NCBI GenBank assembly: GCA_041937175.2
Contig: CP166615.1
Span: 3,552,001 to 3,616,000 of the forward strand
Source of the DNA: Limnothrix sp. BL-A-16
GTDB lineage: Bacteria; Cyanobacteriota; Cyanobacteriia; CACIAM-69d
DNA: 64,000 nucleotides
Reading direction: 5' to 3'
The position numbers were made by a program, and so were the translations under genes. The notes under the pieces were generated by a model. That model worked only from the letters and a program-made list of their open reading frames with translations. It searched no databases and had not been told where the DNA came from. The number at the start of each line of letters is the position of its first letter. The first letter of the stretch is position 1. Shown piece after piece: positions 1 through 10,351 of the stretch.

Positions 1-2
1 TT

Positions 3-2009
3 TTGCGACCCGATGGCACGGTTTTAACCCATAGTTCCGGCTTCCTAGAAAACCAATCCTATGCTGCGAAATACCCTGCCCTGGCGGAACCAATTCAAGG
101 TGCGTCTGCCTCGGGGGTCGAAGCCAGTTACCCTCTGCAATTGCAGGGGCGATCGGTGTTGGTGAGCCTGATGCCTTTTAGCAGCACGCTCTTTCAGGTG
201 CAAGGGAAGCGAGGTTTGGCCGTGGTGATGCTTGATCAAGAGCAAACGGCCTTGGAAATTCGCCAGAGTTTTCTGACTTCCATGGTGACTTGGGGGGCTG
301 GCATCATTGGCATTTTGGGTTTGGGAACTCTGCTGTTGCAGCGCTTGGTGTTGCGGCCTTTGAATCAGCTTCAGCGGGCGATCGGGGTTAGCCAGGGGGG
401 CATGACTTTCACCTTGCCTCCGCAAATGCCTGACCACGAGATTGGCTTTTTGGCAAAGACATTTGAGCAGATTTTTACCCAAAATATTGCTTTGCTAAAT
501 CAAGCCCAACAGCAAACGGTGGATTTAGCCAAAGCCAAAGAAGCGGCGGATGTGGCAAACACGGCCAAGAGTGAATTTTTGGCCAATATGAGCCACGAAT
601 TGCGAACACCGCTGAACGGCGTTTTAGGCTATGCCCAAATTCTCCTGCGATCGCGCACCATGACCGAAAAGGAGAAGCATGGGTTAACAGTGATTTACCA
701 ATGTGGCTCTCATTTGCTGAATTTGATTAATGACATTTTAGATCTGTCCAAAATCGAAGCTCGCAAGCTAGAAATTCTGCCGGCTCCGGTGAATTTTCCG
801 GCCTTTTTGCAAAGCGTGATCGAAATTTGCAAAATCCGTGCTGAACAAAAGGAACTCAATTTTATCTATGAAGCCGATCGCCCTTTACCGGAAGGGTTGT
901 TGCTGGATGAAAAACGCCTGCGTCAGGTACTGATTAATTTGTTGGGAAATGCGATTAAGTTCACCGATGCGGGGTCGGTGACGTTGAAGGTGCAATGGGT
1001 CGATCGCCCCTCGGAATCCACTGCGCCACCCCACAACTCCCAACAGCTTTGCTTGCGGTTTGTGGTGCAAGACACGGGCATTGGCATGAGTGTTGATCAG
1101 TTGGGGCGCTTGTTCACCGCGTTTGAGCAGGTGGGCGATCGCCGCAGAAACGCGGAAGGAACTGGTTTGGGCTTGGCCATCAGCCAGCAAATGGTGCAGT
1201 TGATGGGAGGCAATATTCAGGTACAAAGCACCTTGGGGGTGGGGAGTATTTTTTCGTTCCAGTTATCATTCCCGGCAACCGATCGCTGGCAAGTGCCGTT
1301 GCTGGAGTCCCGCAATCAGTTGGTGGTGGGCTATGAGGGGGCGAAACTGAACCTGTTGATTGTGGACGATCGCCCCGAGAATCGATCGGTTCTGGTGGCA
1401 TTTCTAGAGCCATTGGGATTTGGTGTGACCGAAGCGGAAAATGGAAAAGTGGCTTTGAATGATTTGCGATCGCGGCTTCCCAATCAGCTTCCGGACTTGG
1501 TGATCACAGATTTAGCTATGCCTGTGATGGATGGCTTTGAAATGCTGAAACAAGTTCGTCAGGATCCGCTGCTCTGTCACCTAAAGATCTTGGTTTCTTC
1601 GGCTTCCGTGACGCAACTCGATCGCCAAACCAGCATTGAAGCGGGCGGTGATGATTTTTTGGTCAAGCCCGTGTTAATGGCCAATTTGTTGGAAAGTTTG
1701 CAGCGCCATTTGGGCGTGGTTTGGCGCTATGAATCGGAGGATGTTGCTGCGGGTTCTCAGCCCGAGGTAGCCCATTTAACAAATGAATTTGCCGAACAAA
1801 AAGCAATTCATTTACCCGATCGCACAACCCTAGAAAACCTGCTAGATCTGGCCCAGCGGGGACGCTTAAAACAGCTCTTAGCTGCCATTGACCTTCTGCA
1901 AACGCAAGATCCGCAAATGCAATCCTTTTTGAGTGAACTGCGATCTTTGGCGAAAACCTTCCAAGCGGAACGGATTGAAACTATTTTGCAGGCGGCACTG
2001 GACAGTTAA
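3..2009 (+). CDS. Hybrid sensor histidine kinase (TM-HAMP-HisKA-HATPase-REC), 5'-truncated by window edge
   Basis: [15 protein letters not shown]-box, [13 protein letters not shown]-box, DTGIG and GTGLGL G-boxes, C-terminal receiver (LIVDD...DLAMPVMDG...KP). Confidence 0.93.
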   Translation: MRPDGTVLTHSSGFLENQSYAAKYPALAEPIQGASASGVEASYPLQLQGRSVLVSLMPFSSTLFQVQGKRGLAVVMLDQEQTALEIRQSFLTSMVTWGAGIIGILGLGTLLLQRLVLRPLNQLQRAIGVSQGGMTFTLPPQMPDHEIGFLAKTFEQIFTQNIALLNQAQQQTVDLAKAKEAADVANTAKSEFLANMSHELRTPLNGVLGYAQILLRSRTMTEKEKHGLTVIYQCGSHLLNLINDILDLSKIEARKLEILPAPVNFPAFLQSVIEICKIRAEQKELNFIYEADRPLPEGLLLDEKRLRQVLINLLGNAIKFTDAGSVTLKVQWVDRPSESTAPPHNSQQLCLRFVVQDTGIGMSVDQLGRLFTAFEQVGDRRRNAEGTGLGLAISQQMVQLMGGNIQVQSTLGVGSIFSFQLSFPATDRWQVPLLESRNQLVVGYEGAKLNLLIVDDRPENRSVLVAFLEPLGFGVTEAENGKVALNDLRSRLPNQLPDLVITDLAMPVMDGFEMLKQVRQDPLLCHLKILVSSASVTQLDRQTSIEAGGDDFLVKPVLMANLLESLQRHLGVVWRYESEDVAAGSQPEVAHLTNEFAEQKAIHLPDRTTLENLLDLAQRGRLKQLLAAIDLLQTQDPQMQSFLSELRSLAKTFQAERIETILQAALDS

Positions 2010-2098
2010 GAGCAATCGTTGTCTAGCGAAGATCATACTGAGCTGACCATTGCTGGGTCAGCAATTACCAGTCAGCCATCAACCTTTGGAGAGTTCTC

Positions 2099-3466
2099 AT
2101 GACCAATATGCTATCGGGTTTGATTTTGATTGTGGATGATACGCCCACCAATCTAGATGTGGTTTGTGAAGCGTTGAGCGATGCGGGATTTGAGGTGGCC
2201 ATTGCCACTAGCGGTGAACGGGCGCTGCAACAGGTGCAGCGGGAACTGCCGGATTTGATTCTTTTGGATGTGATGATGCCGGGAATCGACGGGTTTGAAA
2301 CTTGCCAGCGTTTGAAGGCCGATCCCTTGACTCGATCGGTTCCGATTATTTTTATGACCGCGCTTTCGGATACGGATAGCAAAATTAGGGCCTTAGATTT
2401 AGGAGCCGCCGATTACATCACGAAGCCCTTCCAAGAACAAGAAGTGCTCGCAAGGGTTAAAACCCATCTGCAAATTCGATCGCTGACCAAAGAATTAGAA
2501 CAGGATCTGGATCAAAAAAATGCGGCTCTGCAAGCTTCCCAGTTGCACCTGATTCAAAGCGAAAAAATGTCTGCGCTGGGAAACCTGGTGGCCGGAATTG
2601 CCCATGAGATTAATAACCCGATCGGGTTTTTACGCGGCAGCATTGAGCATATTCAAGACTATTTGGAAGATTTGATGGAGCATTTGGACTGTTATCAACA
2701 AACCTACTCGGAGGCGAGCGATAGGATCTTGAATCATGCGGAAGATATTGAGCTGGACTTGATTCGCGAGGACTTACCAAAAATTCTGGATTCTATGAAA
2801 TCCGCTAGTCATCGAATTGCGGAAATTAGCACCAGTTTGCGAACCTTTTCGCGATCGGACAGTAATAACGAAGATGCGCAGGTGATGGCGGATATCCACG
2901 AGGGTTTGGATAGTACGCTGTTGATTTTGAAATATCGCCTGAAAGCGAGCGATCACCGCCCAGAAATTTTGGTTCAAAAACTGTATGGGAACTTGCCGGA
3001 AGTGCCTTGCTTTCCGGGACAGCTCAACCAGGTTTTTATGAATTTGTTGGCCAACGCGATCGATGCCTTCGATGAAGCCACCCATCAACAATCCTTTGTG
3101 GAATTGGCAACTCGGCAGCCCGCCATCACGATCGAAACCCTCCTAGCACCCGATCAACAATCGGTGGAAATTTGGATTCGTGATAATGCCTTCGGGATGA
3201 GCGAGGCGGTGCGGCAGCGAGTTTTTGACTGGGCCTTCACCACCAAAGGGGTGGGGCGTGGCACGGGGCTGGGCTTGGCGATCGCCCGTCAAATTGTGGT
3301 CGATCGACATCAGGGCGAGCTGACGGTGGACTCAACTTTGGGGGAAGGCAGTCGTTTTTGTTTGCGGTTGCCGCTGTCCTCAACGCTCTCTGACTTGACT
3401 CGGGAAAGTGGCGCGATGATGGGGATATTGTCGCCCAGCCCGTTGGTAGAGTCCCATTGTTCTTGA
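2099..3466 (+). CDS. Response regulator / histidine kinase hybrid (REC-HisKA-HATPase)
   Basis: N-terminal REC (ILIVDD, DVMMPGIDG, KPF), AGIAHEINNP H-box, NQVFMNLLANAIDA, GTGLGL. Confidence 0.93.
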   Translation: MTNMLSGLILIVDDTPTNLDVVCEALSDAGFEVAIATSGERALQQVQRELPDLILLDVMMPGIDGFETCQRLKADPLTRSVPIIFMTALSDTDSKIRALDLGAADYITKPFQEQEVLARVKTHLQIRSLTKELEQDLDQKNAALQASQLHLIQSEKMSALGNLVAGIAHEINNPIGFLRGSIEHIQDYLEDLMEHLDCYQQTYSEASDRILNHAEDIELDLIREDLPKILDSMKSASHRIAEISTSLRTFSRSDSNNEDAQVMADIHEGLDSTLLILKYRLKASDHRPEILVQKLYGNLPEVPCFPGQLNQVFMNLLANAIDAFDEATHQQSFVELATRQPAITIETLLAPDQQSVEIWIRDNAFGMSEAVRQRVFDWAFTTKGVGRGTGLGLAIARQIVVDRHQGELTVDSTLGEGSRFCLRLPLSSTLSDLTRESGAMMGILSPSPLVESHCS

Positions 3467-3548
3467 GGGCCACCGTTCTTGCTCAATTAGCCGAAAATCG
3501 TCCCTGTGGATCTGGCTCAGATTGTTCAACGGGAATTGCCCAACCTTC

Positions 3549-4640
3549 CTAGATCTCCAGAGATTCCAGCACCCAGGGAGATTGCTTCGGGGGTTCCACC
3601 TGCGGATAGAGCGTTAGCACTTGCTCCAAGCCCAGACGCGATTGAGCAGCGGTGCTGAGGGGTGATTGTCGCTCCCGATCGAAATGTTCACCGGCCGCAC
3701 AGGCAATCATGGCCGCATTGTCTGTGCAAAACTTCATGGGCGGGAACAAAACCCGTAGCCCCAAGGGTTCCGCCGCTGCCGCCAGGGTTGCCCGCAAGCC
3801 CCGATTGGCCGCCACCCCACCCCCGATCGCGATCGTTGAAAACCCCAAATCCTGGGCCGCTGCGATCGCCCGCTTGGTGAGGGCATTCACCACCGCCGTT
3901 TGAAAGCTGGCGGCCAAATCCGCCAAAGGCAATTCAGGGGATTCCGCTTGCAGCTTTTGCACCAATCGCAACATGGCCGTTTTCAGGCCGCTGAAGCTGC
4001 AATCGTAGGGATGAAAGCCCCCGTCCGGCAACGAAACGCGCCCTTCCGGCAACTTGAAAGCCTTGGGATTGCCCTCGGCCGCCAGGCGATCGATCACGGG
4101 CCCGCCCGGATAGCCCAAGCCCATCAGCCGCGCCACCTTGTCAAAGGCCTCTCCCGCCGCATCATCCCGGGTTTGGCCCACCGTTTCATAGACACCCGAG
4201 TCGCGCACCGCAATCAAGCTGGTGTGGCCCCCAGAGACCAACAGGCACAGGAACGGCGGCTGCAACGTTGGCTCCATTAAATAGGAGGCGCAGATGTGAC
4301 CTTCCAGGTGATGTACCGCCAAAAAGGGTTTTTGGTGCAGCATGGCCAGAGTTTTGCCCGCCGTCAACCCCACCAACAGGGCCCCAACCAAACCGGGCGC
4401 ACTGGTGGCGGCCACCGCATCGATCGCCCTCCAGTCGAGACCCGATTCCTGGAGCGCTTGGGCGATTGTCCAATTAATCGTTTCCACATGGCCCCGGGAA
4501 GCCACCTCCGGCACAATGCCACCGTAGGGCTGGTGGAGGGCAATTTGCGACGAGACCACATTGGCTAGCACTTGACGATTCTTTACGATCGCCACCGCCG
4601 TCTCATCACAACTTGTTTCAATTGCTAAAGCAGTCGCCAT
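3549..4640 (-). CDS. tsaD: tRNA N6-threonylcarbamoyladenosine transferase TsaD
   Basis: [54 protein letters not shown] motifs. Confidence 0.97.
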   Translation of the reverse strand: MATALAIETSCDETAVAIVKNRQVLANVVSSQIALHQPYGGIVPEVASRGHVETINWTIAQALQESGLDWRAIDAVAATSAPGLVGALLVGLTAGKTLAMLHQKPFLAVHHLEGHICASYLMEPTLQPPFLCLLVSGGHTSLIAVRDSGVYETVGQTRDDAAGEAFDKVARLMGLGYPGGPVIDRLAAEGNPKAFKLPEGRVSLPDGGFHPYDCSFSGLKTAMLRLVQKLQAESPELPLADLAASFQTAVVNALTKRAIAAAQDLGFSTIAIGGGVAANRGLRATLAAAAEPLGLRVLFPPMKFCTDNAAMIACAAGEHFDRERQSPLSTAAQSRLGLEQVLTLYPQVEPPKQSPWVLESLEI

Positions 4641-4864
4641 CGTTGGGAATTTGGCTGATATGGTGAGGGGCAGTATTGGCCATTTGTTGAAGTCTAACTG
4701 GTTTCGGCCGAAGACTTCAAACGCGCCCTCTGCCTAGCCTTGCGCGGTCTGGTGTTCCTCCTTAAAGGGATCCAAACCCACGGGGCGATCGGGCAAAGTT
4801 CTCGCGACAAATTGCCGTGATTTGTAACAGAAACGTATTGTTTCATAAAGAAAGGAAACAATCT

Positions 4865-5347
4865 ATGCGTCAGTTGTTTGCAATTGCGCTAGCGGTTTGC
4901 CTCTGGTTTGGGTTTGCTGCCCCGGCTAAGGCAGATTACTACGCTAACCTGACCCCCTGCGGCCAGAACGCTGCCTTCGTGAAGCGCGCCAAAGCAGCCA
5001 CCACGCCCGAGGCGAAAGCTCGTTTTGAAAAGTATTCCACCCTGCTGTGCGGTGAAGAGGGTCTGCCTCACTTGATCACCGATGGCAACCTGTCTCACCT
5101 GGCAGAATTCACGATTCCGAGCTTGGCTTTCCTGTACATCGCTGGCTGGATTGGCTGGGCTGGTCGTTCGTACCTGCAAGCCGTCAAGAAGGGTGACAGC
5201 CCCGAAGAAAGCGAAATCATCATCAACGTGCCTTTGGCTGTGAAGTGCTCCTTGGGTGGTGCGGCTTGGCCCGCAGCGGCCTTGGCTGAATTCGGCAGCG
5301 GCAAGTTGTTGGCCAAAGAAAGCGAAATCACGGTTTCGCCTCGCTAA
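4865..5347 (+). CDS. psaF: Photosystem I subunit III PsaF
   Basis: Signal peptide, [31 protein letters not shown], ends ITVSPR; ATG 4865 chosen after AAGGA. Confidence 0.97.
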   Translation: MRQLFAIALAVCLWFGFAAPAKADYYANLTPCGQNAAFVKRAKAATTPEAKARFEKYSTLLCGEEGLPHLITDGNLSHLAEFTIPSLAFLYIAGWIGWAGRSYLQAVKKGDSPEESEIIINVPLAVKCSLGGAAWPAAALAEFGSGKLLAKESEITVSPR

Positions 5348-5604
5348 ACCCGGTTGGTTTACCGGGGTGCGGTAAGGGCACAGGTTTTATGGTGACAAAT
5401 CGGATGACGACCCCGATCGGTCAGCCTCCGTTGCTGGCAAACAACTGATTCTGTGAGCGATCGCCTGGGGCTGGGAGGCACAACCAACCGGTCCGGTGAT
5501 CGCTTCCCTGTTATCAGAGATCGCCCCGTTTCCGTTCCCGCCTGGGCCATGGCCGATCAACCCCCACTCCCCTGTTTTTAGAGATCTGGATTCGGAGACC
5601 ATCC

Positions 5605-5730
5605 ATGAAAGACTTGCAGCGCTATTTGTCCTCGGCTCCCGTGTTGGCAGCCGCTTGGGTTACCTTCACCGCTGGCCTGTTGATTGAATTCAACCGGTTC
5701 CATCCGGATTACTTGGTGCCGCCCTTCTAA
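5605..5730 (+). CDS. psaJ: Photosystem I subunit IX PsaJ (41 aa, absent from ORF track)
   Basis: Translates [45 protein letters not shown] upstream; follows psaF. Confidence 0.96.
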   Translation: MKDLQRYLSSAPVLAAAWVTFTAGLLIEFNRFHPDYLVPPF

Positions 5731-5866
5731 ACAAAGGGCGATCGCGGTTTGGGCGTTGGGTTGGGTCTGCCAAAGGGCAGCCAGAACACCGGCCCACGAT
5801 CCAAACAACCAGTTTTGAAAATGCTTTGTCCCGCTGATTGCACGCTTAACCTCTAGAGGGAAAACT

Positions 5867-6349
5867 ATGGCTTTGGACGTGGTTTCTCATAACGGCGATC
5901 CCCAGGTCGGCGATCTGGTGACTCCGATCTCCGGTTCTGGTTTTACGAAGGCTTTGATTCAAAATCTGCCGGCCTACCGCAAGGGTCTGTCGCCGATTCG
6001 TCGTGGTTTGGAAGTGGGCATGGCCCATGGTTATTTGCTGTTTGGGCCCTTTGCCTTCACGAGCCAATTCCGCAACACCAGCTACGGCACCTTGGTGGGC
6101 TTGATTGAAGCAATTATTTTGGTGACGATTCTGTCGCTGTGCCTGTCGGTCTATGGCAACGTGACGACCAAGGCTCCTTTGGCCTCCGTGGCCGTGTCCG
6201 AAGTGCCCGCTGAGTTGGGTACGAAGGAAGGCTGGAGCGAGTTCGCTGGCGGCTTCACGATCGGTGGCATCGGCGGCGCAGCCTTCGCTTACGCGGTCTA
6301 TTCCGTGGTGCAGTCGGGCGTGTTCCAAACCTTTGCGAACGGTCTGTAA
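5867..6349 (+). CDS. psaL: Photosystem I subunit XI PsaL
   Basis: GDLVTPIS, NLPAYRKGLSPIRRGLEVGMAHGYLLFGPF, GWSEFAGGF. Confidence 0.97.
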   Translation: MALDVVSHNGDPQVGDLVTPISGSGFTKALIQNLPAYRKGLSPIRRGLEVGMAHGYLLFGPFAFTSQFRNTSYGTLVGLIEAIILVTILSLCLSVYGNVTTKAPLASVAVSEVPAELGTKEGWSEFAGGFTIGGIGGAAFAYAVYSVVQSGVFQTFANGL

Positions 6350-6390
6350 TTGATCCGGCCCTTGGTTTTCAACCTGAACTTTTAAGCCCA

Positions 6391-6428
6391 AAAAGGCGGT
6401 GGTCTCAATGGCCATCGCCTTTTGGTTT
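6391..6428. terminator. Rho-independent (probably bidirectional) terminator after psaL
   Basis: AAAAGGCGGTGGTC-TCAAT-GGCCATCGCCTTTT stem-loop between convergent genes. Confidence 0.7.
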
Positions 6429-6504
6429 TGGGTGGTTATTGAATTTTGGGCCGCTTTTCTGGGCGCTGATTTCTGAATTTTCTGGATCTGGGTTTTCTGG
6501 ATCT

Positions 6505-8136
6505 TTAGGAGTCGATCGCGGCGGGCAAATCCGCCAGCCAGCCGGCCGCCTGTTGCCCATTGCTGGGGCCGCTGGCCAACCCCCAAGACCCGGTTCCCGT
6601 GATCACAAACCCATTGGGGCCACAGGGAGCCACCGTTGATTGCCCATCCGCATGAACCGGCCGCGCCCCCACCCAGGGTTGCAGAGCCGCCAACGCCGCC
6701 CAATCTGGGAATTCAGACTCCAAAGTGGGACAACCATAGAGCACCCACAGCTCCGGAAAGAACTGTGCCGCCGCCCTCAGTTGCGATCGCAGGGCCCACC
6801 GTGCGCCGGGATGTTGCAAATTGAGGGGCCGATCGACCCCGGGATAGAACTTGCAGCCGCCGATCCGAATTTCCCAATCTCCGGCGGCGGCTCCCAGGGC
6901 TTCCGGCTGGAATCGATCGAGCCGACGCGGATCCAAAAGATCCAGGGGAATGAGCCGATCGCCCCAGGCCGCGGCCCAGGTGCGATCGAGCCAATCGGTG
7001 GCCTCCCCACTCATATCCAACGCCAGGCGATCGAGCGCCCGCTGCTGATCCAACCAATCGAGAAAAGCCGCCGCCGGAATCAGGGTGGGGCTGATCACCA
7101 ACGGCCCGGCGCTGCCGTCCTGTTTCCAGGCCCGGCGGGGAAAAGTCAGGCCCTGGGCGATCGCCAATCGGGGAATGGCAAAGGTAATCGATGTGCCCGC
7201 GATCGGGAAGAGCGGTTGGCTCACCGCGCCGCTTTGCTCCAGCAGCGGATCAAACCCCGTGGCAAAGATAAACCGATCGGTGGCGCGGCCGAGGGTGATC
7301 GCTTTGCCCCCTTGGTGGGCCCGCAATTGCTGGATTTGCCCGCTCGCATCCCGATCGATGCCGGTAATGTCCGTGTTTAGTTGCCACTGAATCCGCCCCA
7401 TTTGATTCAGCCGATCGGTCAATTCCGCCACCAGCCGTCCCGCATGGATCGCGCCCCCCGGTTGGCGGGTGATTTGGCCCGCAAAATCCGCCGCCCCCAA
7501 GAAAGGAGCCAAACCGGGATTCAGGGTCAAGGCCTCCGCCACGGACACCAGGGCCGCCAGGTCGCGATCGCCCGTGGCCCGATGCAGCCGCGCCACTTCT
7601 TGGCTCGCTTTGGCAGCGGCTTGGGAACCCTGATAAACCCGCAGTTTTGCCCCCAGTTGCAAGCCGGTGCGAGCCGCCAAAGCGGGATCCTGTTCCGCCA
7701 ACTCGCGCCAGAGGTGCAAATTGCGGAACCCCAATTGCAGCATCGCCCGCTCCCGATCGGCCGCTGTGGGTTCCTGGGCCCGGGCCCGCTCCAAAAATGC
7801 CCCGATCGCCGTTCGATCGGCCCCTTGGGCCACAAACCCCGGATAGGCATAGCCCCCTTGATCCACGGGTGTTTCAAAGGCTTGGGCCAATTGCGCAGGG
7901 GTGAGACCCCCGGCCACCAGCCCTTCGGTGGCCGTCAAGCTGCGCCCATTGCCGGCCGTCAAACCAGCCCCCGGCGTGGCAGCGCGATCAACCATCACCA
8001 GGGGCAGTTCTGTTTGGCCCGCTTGGCGAATGGCCCAAGCGGTCAACAAACCCGCCACGCCCGCACCGACGATGTAGACACGACGGGCGCGGGGCCCGGT
8101 GGTGCGATCGACAGGATTCAACAGAACAGAGGACAT
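6505..8136 (-). CDS. FAD-dependent oxidoreductase (D-amino acid dehydrogenase / DAO-like)
   Basis: VYIVGAGVAG Rossmann motif, TAGNG, WVGARP and TGTGSWG C-terminal DAO-type motifs. Confidence 0.75.
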   Translation of the reverse strand: MSSVLLNPVDRTTGPRARRVYIVGAGVAGLLTAWAIRQAGQTELPLVMVDRAATPGAGLTAGNGRSLTATEGLVAGGLTPAQLAQAFETPVDQGGYAYPGFVAQGADRTAIGAFLERARAQEPTAADRERAMLQLGFRNLHLWRELAEQDPALAARTGLQLGAKLRVYQGSQAAAKASQEVARLHRATGDRDLAALVSVAEALTLNPGLAPFLGAADFAGQITRQPGGAIHAGRLVAELTDRLNQMGRIQWQLNTDITGIDRDASGQIQQLRAHQGGKAITLGRATDRFIFATGFDPLLEQSGAVSQPLFPIAGTSITFAIPRLAIAQGLTFPRRAWKQDGSAGPLVISPTLIPAAAFLDWLDQQRALDRLALDMSGEATDWLDRTWAAAWGDRLIPLDLLDPRRLDRFQPEALGAAAGDWEIRIGGCKFYPGVDRPLNLQHPGARWALRSQLRAAAQFFPELWVLYGCPTLESEFPDWAALAALQPWVGARPVHADGQSTVAPCGPNGFVITGTGSWGLASGPSNGQQAAGWLADLPAAIDS

Positions 8137-8354
8137 GGCAACGGCTTGAGGTTTAGGGGATGGGAGCAGACAGGTCGATCGGGCGGGCGATCGAGTGTAA
8201 TAAATTTAGAATAACTATTCAACGATGAATCGATAAAAGCTTCAAGGGCTAAACAGCGGTCACCATGACCGTTGGCAACGGCCGCTGTAGCCCGAAACTC
8301 ATTTTAAAAACGATCGCCCCAACGATCGCCCATTCACGCCGCTGCCCGATCGGC

Positions 8355-9236
8355 CTAAGGTTCCGGTTCCGTCGCCGGAGCGATCGCCGCAAACAGCGCC
8401 GAATAGTCCGTGTTGCCCAACCCCAGGGCGATCGCCCGTTCCACCACTGCCCGCACCGCCTGCACCGGAGCCGTATCAATTCCTTGGGCCCCCGCCGCCT
8501 GGGCAAACAAGTCCAGATCCTTCAGCAGATGCTTCGTGGGGAAATTGGGGCGATCGAAGTCCCGATCGAGCATCCGTTGCAGCTTCTTATCAAAGGTCGG
8601 CGCGTAGAGGGCGCTGGGTCGCAAAATCTGCAAAAAGGTCTCCACGGCAATCCCTTCCCGCTGCACCAGAGCCAAACTGGCCGCAAAGGCCGTGGTGAGC
8701 GACCCAATCAACTGATTCATGGCCAACTTCAACGCCGCCGCCGACCCCACGGGCCCCACCAACAGCGGCTCGGGGCCAAAGGTTTGCAACCAAGCCCGAT
8801 CGCGCTCAAACTGGGCCGGCGTGGCCCCCACCATCAACAACAACTTGCCCGCGCTCAGTTCGGGAATGCTGCCCAGGACGGGCGCTTCGTAATAGTCACA
8901 GCCCCAAGCGGTTAACTCAGTGCCGATCGCCCGGCTTTCTTCCGGAGCGATCGTGCCCATTTGCACCACGGTTTTGTCCACCAGCAGCGACCCGATCGCC
9001 CCCTCCAGCAGCACCGATCGAATGGCGGCCCCATCCGCCAGCCACAACACCACCCGATCGGCCGGGGCGATCGCCGCCGCCAAATCCGTTGTGGTGTTCA
9101 GGCGATCAATCCCCTGCAACAGTTCCAGGGCCTCGGGCGATCGGTTCCAAGCCACCACGTCTTCGCCCGTGGCCGCCAGCCGCCCGGCCGCGGCCCGACC
9201 CATTAACCCCATGCCCAACACGGCTACTACAGTCAT
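8355..9236 (-). CDS. NAD(P)-dependent oxidoreductase, 3-hydroxyisobutyrate dehydrogenase family
   Basis: LGMGLMG, WNRS, EAPVLGS, ALKLAMN, NFPTKHLLKDL. Confidence 0.92.
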   Translation of the reverse strand: MTVVAVLGMGLMGRAAAGRLAATGEDVVAWNRSPEALELLQGIDRLNTTTDLAAAIAPADRVVLWLADGAAIRSVLLEGAIGSLLVDKTVVQMGTIAPEESRAIGTELTAWGCDYYEAPVLGSIPELSAGKLLLMVGATPAQFERDRAWLQTFGPEPLLVGPVGSAAALKLAMNQLIGSLTTAFAASLALVQREGIAVETFLQILRPSALYAPTFDKKLQRMLDRDFDRPNFPTKHLLKDLDLFAQAAGAQGIDTAPVQAVRAVVERAIALGLGNTDYSALFAAIAPATEPEP

Positions 9237-9689
9237 TGCGCTTACTTTTGTTCTGAGCGATTAGTTTGCATGATCCTTAAGATCGCATCAAACTGCTCAG
9301 AAAATATGAATCCTTAAATGTCAATTATCAACTGAATCGATCATCCCGTAGGTTGAATGGAAGTAAGGCTAAATTGTTATGAAATGGTTGATTTTTCTCC
9401 CATACACCGAAAATTTTGACCACCCAACCGATCGGGGAAAGGGTTGGTTTGATCGATCGATGGCGGTGCATGGGAGATAAGGGAAAAGGGTTGTTGGCAA
9501 TCGAAAAACCCGTTACTTTTCGGGAGCGGTAGGGTTTGTGGGAGAACGCTTTCGGGGTAACGATTTGGCTTTTTGGTACTCCCACGCACCGTCGATCCCC
9601 TCTCGGGATCACGAGATCGTTTTTCTGCGTCCATGGCAGATGATTTCCCCGGTTAAATTGGAAGGGTTGATCGCCCTGCTCACAAATCT

Positions 9690-10058
9690 ATGCTGTTAAC
9701 CGCTGCCGAACTCGTGACCATGATCGTGGATGGCTTCATCGCCGCCGGAGCCGGAAAGCTGACCGAAGCGGCCCTGCCCAAGCTGCGAACCCTCTGGAGC
9801 AAAATTCGCGATCGCCTGGCCCGTCGCCCGGAGCTGCCTGCCCTGCCGGAAACGCCAACGGGGGTGATCGATCCGCAAGTGCTGCCGATCCTCGATGCGG
9901 AATTGGTGAATGATCCGCCCTTTGCTGAGGAAGTGCGGGCGATCGCTCAGGAATATCAACAACTGATCCAGCAACAAGCCCAAATGACCCAAAACAACTA
10001 CGGCAGCAACAACAAAAACTATCAAATCGGCTCAATCAACGAAGCAAACTTTTCCTAG
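9690..10058 (+). CDS. Bell-like helical protein with C-terminal N/Q-rich amyloid-like motif (putative NLR-paired effector)
   Basis: Hydrophobic N-terminus, LWSKIRDRL, DPPFAEEVRAIAQE, then QNNYGSNNKNYQIGSINEANF, which recurs in the downstream NLR. Confidence 0.7.
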   Translation: MLLTAAELVTMIVDGFIAAGAGKLTEAALPKLRTLWSKIRDRLARRPELPALPETPTGVIDPQVLPILDAELVNDPPFAEEVRAIAQEYQQLIQQQAQMTQNNYGSNNKNYQIGSINEANFS

Positions 10059-10070
10059 CTCATCATTCAA

Positions 10071-10154
10071 GTAGGTTGGGTTGAAGCATGAAACCCAACA
10101 CCGACAAAGTTCGCATTGATCGTGTTGGGTTTCGCACAGCTCAACCCAACCTAC
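10071..10154. repeat. GTAG-type REP doublet (REPIN-like inverted repeat)
   Basis: GTAGGTTGGGTTGA...TCAACCCAACCTAC outer arms; inner GAAACCCAACAC / GTGTTGGGTTTC arms. Confidence 0.8.
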
Positions 10155-10168
10155 TGAGGAAAGTTTCT

Positions 10169-10348
10169 ATGCAGATTCGTTATGACCCTGAAGCTGATGT
10201 GTTGATTTTGATTTTGCGGGATTTGCCCCCAATTGATTCGATCGCAGAACCCGGCGGAATGATTGTTAGCTACGGGGAAGGTGGGGAACCTGTTGCGATC
10301 GAGTTGTTGAATGCATCTCGATTCATCAAGCCAGACGACTTCAACTAA
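10169..10348 (+). CDS. DUF2283-family small protein (TA-associated)
   Basis: MQIRYDPEADVLILIL...YGEGGEPVAIELLNAS; GAGG RBS before ATG 10169. Confidence 0.8.
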   Translation: MQIRYDPEADVLILILRDLPPIDSIAEPGGMIVSYGEGGEPVAIELLNASRFIKPDDFN

Positions 10349-10351
10349 CCC